Origin: Acidimicrobiia bacterium
GTDB taxonomy: Bacteria > Actinomycetota > Acidimicrobiia > Spongiisociales > ZC4RG35
Length of the DNA stretch: 64,000 nucleotides
Direction of reading: 5' to 3'
NCBI GenBank assembly: GCA_035513335.1
Contig: DATKCE010000031.1
Span: forward strand, 20,971-84,970
Below are positions 56,871 to 64,000 of this stretch, one piece after another. How positions within the stretch are numbered: position 1 is the stretch's first letter; each line of letters starts with the position of its first letter. The translations under genes were made by a program, and so were the position numbers. A model generated the notes under the pieces. That model was given only the letters and a program-made list of their open reading frames with translations, was not told the DNA's origin and did no database searches.

Positions 56871-56909
56871 GGCGAGGTGTCGCGTGCCTGAGGTCAACCT
56901 CGCCCAGGC
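56871..56909. repeat. 39-bp exact direct repeat, copy 2 (contains the pdhB GTG start)
   Basis: identical to 56768..56806; period 103 bp. Intervening 64 bp contain G7 (56819..56825) / C6 / C7 forming a G:C hairpin. Confidence 0.8.
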
Positions 56910-57861
56910 GTTGAACGGGGCGCTGGCCAGCGCACTGGAGACCGATGACCGGGTGGTCCTCCTCGGCGAGGACATCGGGCGCACCGGCGGGGTGTTCCGG
57001 ATCACCGACGGGTTACGCGATCGTTTCGGGGAGAACCGGGTGTTCGACACACCAGTGGCCGAGTCGGGGATCGTCGGTTCGGCGTTCGGCATGGCCATCG
57101 CCGGGATGAGGCCCGTGGCCGAGATCCAGTTCATGGGCTTCTCATATCCGGCCTACGACCAGATCATCAACCACGTCGCCCGGATCCGGAACCGCACCAA
57201 CCACCGTTTCACTGCACCGATGGTGATCCGCATGCCATATGGCGGGGGAATCGGCGCCGCTGAGCACCACTCGGAGTCGACGGAGGCGATCTACGCCCAC
57301 ATCCCGGGAATCAAGGTGGTGGTGCCCTCCACGCCATACGACGCCCGCGGTCTACTGTTGGCGGCGATCGAGGATCCCGACCCTGTTGTCTTCCTGGAAC
57401 CGATCCGGCTCTACCGGGCGGTGAAAGAGGACGTCCCCGACATTCACTTCTCGGTGGAGATCGGACCGGTGCGCGTCGAGCGGACCGGCGACGAGATCAC
57501 TTTGATCAGCTGGGGGGCGATGATGAAGGAGACCCGTGCCGCCGCCTCCCGACTCGAGGAGGACGGAGTCTCCGTGGAGGTCATCGAAGTGCACACTCTG
57601 TCCCCTCTCGACCGTGACGGCATTGTCGCCTCCGTGGACAAGACCGGCCGCGCCGTGGTGATCCATGAGGCCGCACTGACCGGAGGCTTCGGCGGCGAGA
57701 TCGCCGCCACCATTCAGGAGCGAGCGCTCTATTCACTCCATGCGCCGGTGCGGCGCGTCACCGGATGGGACACTGTCTTCCCGCTGAAGCGGTCGGAAGG
57801 TCACTACCTTCCCGACGTGGAGCGGATCGTGAACGCCGCCTACGAGACACTGGAGGTTTGA
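56884..57861 (+). CDS. pdhB: 2-oxoacid dehydrogenase E1 component beta subunit
   Basis: transketolase-like fold (VNLAQALNGALASALETDDRVVLLGEDIG). GTG start lies inside repeat copy 2. Confidence 0.85.
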   Translation: MPEVNLAQALNGALASALETDDRVVLLGEDIGRTGGVFRITDGLRDRFGENRVFDTPVAESGIVGSAFGMAIAGMRPVAEIQFMGFSYPAYDQIINHVARIRNRTNHRFTAPMVIRMPYGGGIGAAEHHSESTEAIYAHIPGIKVVVPSTPYDARGLLLAAIEDPDPVVFLEPIRLYRAVKEDVPDIHFSVEIGPVRVERTGDEITLISWGAMMKETRAAASRLEEDGVSVEVIEVHTLSPLDRDGIVASVDKTGRAVVIHEAALTGGFGGEIAATIQERALYSLHAPVRRVTGWDTVFPLKRSEGHYLPDVERIVNAAYETLEV

Positions 57862-59246
57862 TGGCCCGCGAGTTCAGGCTCCCCGACATCGGAGAGGGCC
57901 TCACCGAAGCCGAGATCGTGCGCTGGCTGGTCCAGGTGGGCGAGGAAGTCCAGGCCGATCAGCCGATCGTCGAGGTGGAGACCGACAAGGCCGTGGTCGA
58001 GATTCCCTCACCGTATGGCGGAGTGATCATTTCTCATGGTGGAGCCGAAGGCGACGTCATCGAGGTCGGCGCAGTCCTGGTCACCATCGGCGAGCCGGGG
58101 GAAGCGACGCCGGAGGCGTCTGAGGGGGGAGATGGGGAGGTGGCGCCGGAGGGTGCGGATGCGGACGTAGTCGGGGCCGACTCGGAACCGGAACCGATCG
58201 TCGGCACACTGCGTGGCGACGTCGAGACGCTGACCCCGTCCCGGTCCCAACCTTCGGTGGCGCCCGCGGTGAAGGCACTGCCCGTGGTGCGCAAGCTGGC
58301 CCGCGACAACGACATCGCTCTCGAGTCCATCCAGGGGTCGGGCCCGGGTGGTCGGATCCTGCGTGAGGACGTGGAGGCCGTCATCGTCGCCCGATCCGAG
58401 ACAGTGCCGTCCGGGGGGCATCATGCCGTCGACTACGAGCCGGTGGGGGCGGGGCATGGGGTCTCCGACTTCGATGAAGAGGCTCGTGCCGAGGTGGAGT
58501 CCCAGCCCCCGGAGGAGCCGGAGTCCGCACCAGGGCCGGAGTCTGCGCCAGTCGAGACGAAGGTGGAGGACGGGCGCCGACCCATGTCCCGGACCCGTCG
58601 CACCATTGCCGCTCACATGGCGAAGAGCTGGTCGGAGATCCCCCACGTGACCACCTTCGACGATGTCGACGCCACCCGTCTCCTCGAGGTGCGCCGGGCG
58701 CTCGGTGACCGCCATGGGATGAAGATCCCGATGGAGGCGCTGGTGGTCAAGGCGGTCCTGCCCGCCTTGGAAGAGTTCCCCGAGTTCAACTCGAGCATCG
58801 ACGGGGACGATCTCGTGTTCCACGCCTCGAGAGACATCGGCATCGCTGTCGACACCCCCGACGGCCTCATGGTGGCGGTGATCCGCGACGCCGGGGAGAA
58901 GAGCGTGATGGAGTTGGCGGCAGAGGTGCGCAGATTGGGCGAGGGTGCCCGCGAGCGCACGCTCACCCCCGACCTGTTGAGTGGTCAGACTTTCACCGTC
59001 TCCAACATCGGCGCCGTGGGTGGTGGTCACGGCACGCCGATCGTGCCTCACGGGACCGTCGCCATCCTCTCGGTTGGCTCCGCACGGCTCCGCCCCGTCG
59101 TCTACGACGAGGACCTCGGAGTGGCGCCGGTGATGCCGCTCTCATTGTCCTACGACCACCGGGTGATCGACGGTGCCGTGGGTCGCCACTTCATGTCCCT
59201 CGTGCTCGAGAACCTCGAGGAACCGGCACTCTTTCTCGCGGGCTGA
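57861..59246 (+). CDS. dihydrolipoamide acyltransferase E2 component
   Basis: lipoyl domain (ETDKAVVEIPSP), Ala/Pro/Glu linker, catalytic domain with DHRVIDG. ATG overlaps the pdhB stop (TGATG); RBS GGAGG. Confidence 0.85.
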   Translation: MAREFRLPDIGEGLTEAEIVRWLVQVGEEVQADQPIVEVETDKAVVEIPSPYGGVIISHGGAEGDVIEVGAVLVTIGEPGEATPEASEGGDGEVAPEGADADVVGADSEPEPIVGTLRGDVETLTPSRSQPSVAPAVKALPVVRKLARDNDIALESIQGSGPGGRILREDVEAVIVARSETVPSGGHHAVDYEPVGAGHGVSDFDEEARAEVESQPPEEPESAPGPESAPVETKVEDGRRPMSRTRRTIAAHMAKSWSEIPHVTTFDDVDATRLLEVRRALGDRHGMKIPMEALVVKAVLPALEEFPEFNSSIDGDDLVFHASRDIGIAVDTPDGLMVAVIRDAGEKSVMELAAEVRRLGEGARERTLTPDLLSGQTFTVSNIGAVGGGHGTPIVPHGTVAILSVGSARLRPVVYDEDLGVAPVMPLSLSYDHRVIDGAVGRHFMSLVLENLEEPALFLAG

Positions 59247-59249
59247 GCA

Positions 59250-60200
59250 GTGACCAACGACGACGAGATCCTCTTGTTCGCGGGTAACGGAAGCAAGATT
59301 TTGGGTCAGCGGATCGCTGACGAGCTGAGAATCGATGTCAGCCAGGGGGATACCAGCGTGTTCCCCGACGGGAACCTGTTCGTCAAAGTGGGGGCGAACG
59401 TGCGGGGGCGACACGTGTACCTGGTGCAGTCGACGGTGTTTCCGAGCAACGACAACTTCATGGAGCTGTTGTTCTGGATCGACGCCTTCAAACGGGCGAG
59501 CGCCGAGTCGGTGACCGTTGTCATACCGTATTTCAGCTATGCCAAAGGGGACAAGAAAGACGAGCCGAGGGTCTCGATTCGGGCACGTGTCTGTGCCGAC
59601 GCGATCGAGTCGGCCGGCGCGGATCGGGTGGTGGCGATGGATCTGCATGCTCCTCAGATCCAGGGCTTCTTCCGCATCCCGGTCGACAACCTCTACGGGA
59701 TGCCGGTGCTCTGCGATCAGATCGAAGAACTCGATCTCGAGAATCTCGTCGTGGTCTCACCAGACGCCGGGTTCGCCAGGCAGGCCAGGAGGTTTGGCGC
59801 GACCCTGAGCGCATCGGTGGCCATCGCCGACAAGGAGCGCCGGGGTCACGATCAGCATCCCGAGGTGTTACGGATCATGGGCGAAGTGGAGGCCAAGACA
59901 GCCTTGATCGTCGATGATTTCACCCTCTCGACCGGCACGCTCGTGTCCGCAGCAGAGGAGCTGATGAGGCGTGGCGCCGCCACGGTGTACGCTCTGGTGA
60001 CCCACGGTGTCTTTGCGGAGGGCTCGATGGAGCGACTCGATGACAGCCCTATCGTGAAGTTGTTCGTCACTGACACCGTCGAGAACCAGCCGGTTACATT
60101 CTCCGAGAAGGTCGACGTCGTTTCGGTGGCTCCGCTGTTCGCCGAGGCCATCACCCGCATCCATCACCGGGCGAGCATCAGCGAGCTCTTTCCGGGCTGA
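59250..60200 (+). CDS. prs: ribose-phosphate pyrophosphokinase
   Basis: VIPYFSYAKGDKKD and DLHAPQIQGFF motifs; PRPP-binding loop. Confidence 0.9.
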   Translation: MTNDDEILLFAGNGSKILGQRIADELRIDVSQGDTSVFPDGNLFVKVGANVRGRHVYLVQSTVFPSNDNFMELLFWIDAFKRASAESVTVVIPYFSYAKGDKKDEPRVSIRARVCADAIESAGADRVVAMDLHAPQIQGFFRIPVDNLYGMPVLCDQIEELDLENLVVVSPDAGFARQARRFGATLSASVAIADKERRGHDQHPEVLRIMGEVEAKTALIVDDFTLSTGTLVSAAEELMRRGAATVYALVTHGVFAEGSMERLDDSPIVKLFVTDTVENQPVTFSEKVDVVSVAPLFAEAITRIHHRASISELFPG

Positions 60201-60254
60201 GCCGGCATGCCTAGCCTCGCGGTGACCGGCCCCAGACAGATCTACCGAGGCTGA

Positions 60255-60821
60255 ATGCCCCACGTACACCTCTTCGACTACGACGAGACCACCGGTATCG
60301 CCAGACGCGAGTACGACGCCGCGCTGCGCCGGGCGGGGCGAATCTGGAACATCGTCTCCATCCAGTGCCAGCTCCCCGAGGTGATGCGCGATTCGATGCG
60401 CATCTACCAGTCGATCATGTTCGGGCCGTCACCGCTGACGAGGGCGCAGCGGGAGATGATGGCGGTGGTGACATCACAGGTGAACGAATGCCACTACTGA
60501 ATAGCGGCGCACCTCCACGATCTCCGGGACGAGATCGAAGACCAGCAGATTGCAGACGGGATCGCCGTCGACTGGCGTACGGCCGATCTGGAGCCTGCCG
60601 AGGTCGCCCTCTGTGAGTACGCCGAGAAGCTGACCAGAAGGCCCGCGGATGTCGGGCCCGAGGACATCGACCGGCTCCGCGCCGCGGGCTTCGACGACCA
60701 GGGGATCTCCAGCGCCACCCAGGTCGTCGCCTACTTCAACTACATCAATCGGATCGCAGAAGGGTTGGGTGTGCCGATGGAAGATTGGCTGAACGCGGAC
60801 GGAACTCCCCGCGAGATCTAG
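60255..60821 (+). CDS. carboxymuconolactone decarboxylase / AhpD-core family protein with in-frame UGA (candidate selenoprotein)
   Basis: Reads VNECHY[TGA]IAAH at 60481..60512 where the family motif N-x-C-x-Y-C-x-x-x-H has its second Cys. The frame stays open to TAG 60819..60821 and encodes the family C-terminal half (VVAYFNYINRIAEGLGV). Confidence 0.5.
60518..60537 (+). promoter_or_regulatory. SECIS-like hairpin downstream of the in-frame UGA
   Basis: 7-bp stem CGATCTC/GAGATCG with 6-nt loop CGGGAC (G at loop position 2). Stem starts 17 nt and loop ~24 nt after UGA. Confidence 0.35.
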
Positions 60822-60832
60822 CCTCGCATCTC

Positions 60833-62320
60833 ATGGGCAAAGACAACGACCAGGTCAAGGAGAAGAAGAAGAAGAAGCCGAAGGCGAAGCAGGCGAAGCT
60901 GGAGGACCGGAAGGTCAGCAAGCAGTTCACCGGGAAGTTCGGCAAGGAGAAGGTGGCCTACACCACCATCGCGGCCACGCAGTCATTCGAGAGCAACGAC
61001 GAGCCGGTCTCCTTCTTCCACGTCTCGTATACCAAGGACGACGCCGATCCCGCCACCCGCCCGATTCTGTTCTGTTTCAACGGTGGCCCCGGCTCGTCGA
61101 CCGTGTGGCTCAATCTGGGCTTGTTCGGTCCGAAACGGATGCAGTTCGACGACGACGGATTCAAGGTCGGCATGCAGGGCCGCCTGGTGGACAACGAGCA
61201 ATCCATCCTCGACGTGGCCGACGTGGTCTGCATCGACGCCATGGGCACGGGGTTCAGCCGCACGGCGAAAAAGGGCGAGGAGAAGAAGTTCCACCACTTC
61301 AAGAAGGACATCGAGGCGTTCGCCGAGTTCATCGTCCACTACCTGAACCGCAACGGGCGGTGGGCGTCTCCGAAATACCTCGCAGGGGAGAGCTACGGCA
61401 CCCTGCGCGGTGCGGGGATCGCACATGAGTTGTTCGCCAAGCATCACGTCGAGTTCAACGGGATCGTCTTCATCTCGATGATCCTCAACTATCAGACCTC
61501 GGCCATCGATAGAGAGACGATGCTGGTCCACCCCGGCAACGACCTGCCCTTCGCGGTGTACCTGCCCACCTATGCGGCCACGGCCTGGTATCACGGCAGG
61601 TTGCCGAAGAAGCACCAGGAGAGGCCGTTGCGGGACTTCCTCGACGAGGTGGAGGAGTTCGCCCTCGGCGAGTATTGGTCGGCGCTGGCCCAAGGAGATC
61701 AGCTCGACGAGACCTGGCAGAAGAAGGTTGCCGAGAAACTGGCGGAGTACACGGGTCTCGACGCCGGGTTCATCGACCACTACAACCTGCGCATCCACAT
61801 CATGCGGTTCTGCAAAGAGCTGCTCCGTGATCAGCGGCGCACCGTGGGGCGGATAGACTCCCGCTTTCTCGGCATCGACCGGGTCTCCGCCGGTGACAAC
61901 CTCGAGGCCGACCCCAGCACCGATGCCACCGGAGGCGTGGCCGCGTCGGCGCTCAACCAGTACCTGCGTGAGGAAGTCGGGTTCGAGTCCGACGACATCT
62001 ACAACGTGATGGCGATGGACGTGTGGAAGACCTGGGACTACGAGGACTTCAAGGGCCGGTACGTGGACACCTCGGAGAACTTCCGCGAGGTGCTGTCGCG
62101 GTCACGGGGCACGAAGGTGCTGATCGCCAACGGCTATTACGACCTGGCCACCCCCCATTTCGCCACCGAGTACACCGTGTCGCACATGGGACTCGACCCC
62201 GAGGTGAGGGAGAACATCACCCTGACCTACTACGAGGCCGGTCATATGATGTATGTCCATCAGCCGTCGCTGAAGCAGTTGGCCGCCGACCTCCGCGAGT
62301 TCGTCGAATCAACTTGCTAA
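60833..62320 (+). CDS. peptidase S10-family (serine carboxypeptidase-like) protein with Lys-rich N-terminus
   Basis: FNGGPGSS (S10 GGPG motif) and catalytic-Ser motif GESYG; N-terminal KEKKKKKPKAKQAK encoded by an (AAG)5 repeat. Confidence 0.75.
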   Translation: MGKDNDQVKEKKKKKPKAKQAKLEDRKVSKQFTGKFGKEKVAYTTIAATQSFESNDEPVSFFHVSYTKDDADPATRPILFCFNGGPGSSTVWLNLGLFGPKRMQFDDDGFKVGMQGRLVDNEQSILDVADVVCIDAMGTGFSRTAKKGEEKKFHHFKKDIEAFAEFIVHYLNRNGRWASPKYLAGESYGTLRGAGIAHELFAKHHVEFNGIVFISMILNYQTSAIDRETMLVHPGNDLPFAVYLPTYAATAWYHGRLPKKHQERPLRDFLDEVEEFALGEYWSALAQGDQLDETWQKKVAEKLAEYTGLDAGFIDHYNLRIHIMRFCKELLRDQRRTVGRIDSRFLGIDRVSAGDNLEADPSTDATGGVAASALNQYLREEVGFESDDIYNVMAMDVWKTWDYEDFKGRYVDTSENFREVLSRSRGTKVLIANGYYDLATPHFATEYTVSHMGLDPEVRENITLTYYEAGHMMYVHQPSLKQLAADLREFVESTC

Positions 62321-62324
62321 GGCA

Positions 62325-62348
62325 CCAGGGCCGGTATACCGGCCCTGG
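62325..62348. terminator. bidirectional hairpin terminator between convergent genes
   Basis: perfect 10-bp stem CCAGGGCCGG/CCGGCCCTGG with 4-nt loop TATA, 5 bp after the S10 stop and 39 bp before the opposing stop; flanking U-tract weak. Confidence 0.45.
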
Positions 62349-62386
62349 GGGATCCAAAACGAGTCCCGAGCCTGGGTGCGTGGAGA

Positions 62387-63835
62387 TCAGCCATCCGAGT
62401 GTCTGTCGACGACGGCGAGCACCTCGGGCATATCGAGTTGGGGGTAAGGGTCGGGGGCCATCAGCCCCAGGATCCGCGACTGCGAGCGCGCCGACACGAT
62501 GACCCGGTCCGACCAGCGGTCTGCCAGATCGTCCGGCGGCATGCGACAGCACGATGGGTCGGGACAGGTTGATGTCTTTCGTCTTCCGGTGTCACGACCC
62601 CGGAACCAGCGGGCGTCGTCGAAGCGCACGCCCAGGGTGATGGCGTGAGCCGGCTCACGTCCTGCCTCGACATGCGTCGTGCAGAAGTAGGTGCCTGCGG
62701 GAGTGTCCGTGTATTGATGATGGGTCCCGAACTTGTCCGGGGATTCGAAGGTGACCCGGGCACCCCAGTGTCGGCAGAGACGCTGGGTCTCGATCCCTTC
62801 GTACTGGTCGCGCGGCACCGGCACACCGTCGTTGGCGTAGCCCTTCACCACGACCCCGATCTCGTCGCTGATCAGGAGATGACAGTCGATCCCGAGGTGT
62901 CGAGTCAACAGGTTGGCAGTCCGCCAGGCAGCCATCTCGTACGAGACGTAGAACAGCTCCTTCACATCCTCGACGTCGATGTCGTGGTTCTCCTTCGCCA
63001 CCAGGAGCCGAGCTGCCACGGCATCCTCGGGGGCGAGGACGGCGGCGGCGAAGTAGGCGGTCTCCATCCGCTGGCGGAGAAATGTGTCGAGGTCCGGGTC
63101 GCGCTCGTGGCCGAGGATGAACCCGGCGATGGTCTGGAGAACGGCCTTGCGTGCCTGCCGGGTACGCAGCTCGTTGCGCTGGGCGATATAGATGCGCCGG
63201 TTCCCCGTGTCGATGATGGAGCGGGCGAACGAAGGCATGTCGTCGATCGGGTTCAGCTCGAATCCGATGCTGGCGGTCAGATCCATGAGATTCCGCGAAG
63301 AGAACGGGCCCTCTCCGGTGTAGCCCGACGAGTCGAGGGCGTCTCGGGCGGCTACCTCGATCTCCTTCAAGTAGCCATCGTTCTCCATGAGGTGGTCCTG
63401 GACCGACCCGTTGGCCCTCCTCACTTCGTCAGAACCGGCACTCTCGAGGCTCGACCGCTCTCTGAGGGCATCATGGAGTCCGACGATGTGAGCCAGGGTC
63501 TGGTTGTCCACCCTGGCTGAGGGTTTGATGGTGGGGATGCCGAGACTCTCGAACAGCGAGCTCTCCTGCGCACGAAGCAAGGCGATCTCCAGCGCATCAC
63601 GTCTGCTCGGCGGCGTGCCATCGAACAGCTCTGCCACCTCGACGCCGAGGGCCTTGGCGATGTCGACCAGGAGATTGACCCGCGGCTCCTTCTTGCCGTT
63701 CTCGAGGAGAGACAGGTAGGGGGCAGGCTTGCCAACGAGCTCGCCGAGCTGGTCGAGCGTGAGGCCGACCTCGTTGCGGTGGTACCGAACCCGACGTCCC
63801 AAGACCAATGGTTCCAGCGGCTGAGGTTCGCTCAT
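62387..63835 (-). CDS. XRE-HTH transcriptional regulator with ImmA/IrrE-type (DUF955) and DUF2083 domains (RamB/PrpR-like short-chain acyl-CoA regulator family)
   Basis: N-terminal HTH (LGRRVRYHRNEVGLTLDQLGELVG ... LSLLENGKKEP); central DUF955-like region; Cys-containing C-terminal domain; 482 aa. Confidence 0.8.
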   Translation of the reverse strand: MSEPQPLEPLVLGRRVRYHRNEVGLTLDQLGELVGKPAPYLSLLENGKKEPRVNLLVDIAKALGVEVAELFDGTPPSRRDALEIALLRAQESSLFESLGIPTIKPSARVDNQTLAHIVGLHDALRERSSLESAGSDEVRRANGSVQDHLMENDGYLKEIEVAARDALDSSGYTGEGPFSSRNLMDLTASIGFELNPIDDMPSFARSIIDTGNRRIYIAQRNELRTRQARKAVLQTIAGFILGHERDPDLDTFLRQRMETAYFAAAVLAPEDAVAARLLVAKENHDIDVEDVKELFYVSYEMAAWRTANLLTRHLGIDCHLLISDEIGVVVKGYANDGVPVPRDQYEGIETQRLCRHWGARVTFESPDKFGTHHQYTDTPAGTYFCTTHVEAGREPAHAITLGVRFDDARWFRGRDTGRRKTSTCPDPSCCRMPPDDLADRWSDRVIVSARSQSRILGLMAPDPYPQLDMPEVLAVVDRHSDG

Positions 63836-63918
63836 TTGTAGTCCTCTCTGAAAGATATACTGATCTTATCGTGTTTGTAACCTGCACCTAAAGGGTATAA
63901 ACAAGAGACTAACTTCTT

Positions 63919-64000
63919 ATGAACCAGTTCCAGGAGAGCGAGATCGAACGTCGGGTGCTGACTCCCGACGCGGTCGCCTTCCTGATCGATCTCGAGAACG
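63919..64000 (+). CDS. aceB: malate synthase, N-terminal fragment (continues past window end)
   Basis: MNQFQESEIERRVLTPDAVAFLIDLEN resembles malate synthase A N-termini; preceded by an AT-rich 83-bp divergent promoter region. Confidence 0.5.
   Translation, partial: MNQFQESEIERRVLTPDAVAFLIDLEN

Noticed and set aside
56768-56909. Possible CRISPR array from the repeated 39-mer
   Set aside because: There are only two copies, with a non-unique 64-bp spacer that forms a G/C hairpin, and no cas genes. It is treated instead as a junction duplication or insertion.

Overview
This is a high-GC (about 68-70%), densely coding chromosomal window that looks actinobacterial. The calls that point that way are the dapA-rnj-ftsK arrangement, the PspC/LiaF envelope-stress genes, FxsA, Lhr and several F420-linked enzymes. 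All calls rest on reading the six-frame translations and the raw sequence by eye. No database search was run. Core genes present include the error-prone polymerase dnaE2, pfkA, glpD, lhr, dapA, rnj, ftsK, a pdhA/pdhB/E2-type 2-oxoacid dehydrogenase operon, prs and nagA. There is an F420 biosynthesis pair (cofG and cofH as separate, translationally coupled genes) plus several predicted F420/flavin-dependent enzymes. A stress cluster reminiscent of the mycobacterial DosR regulon sits at 18-24.5 kb (GAF sensor kinase divergent from a NarL-type regulator, USP, deazaflavin nitroreductase, CBS protein, PPOX-like protein, pfk). A long minus-strand operon ends in a MoxR-type AAA ATPase and a VWA protein. 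No tRNA, rRNA or CRISPR was found. The most unusual signals are: (1) an AhpD-like gene with an in-frame TGA at the position of the redox Cys, followed by a SECIS-like hairpin, i.e. a candidate selenoprotein; (2) dnaE2 carrying a near-perfect LexA/SOS box at its start and flanked on both sides by a ~26-36 bp imperfect direct repeat with G-tracts; (3) a 39-bp exact direct repeat duplicating the pdhA-stop/pdhB-start junction around a 64-bp G7/C7 hairpin insert; (4) a lower-GC, ORF-poor, highly structured ~350 bp region upstream of pfk that may encode a small RNA or leader; (5) a flavodoxin-like gene broken across three frames and an ABC exporter with no canonical start codon.
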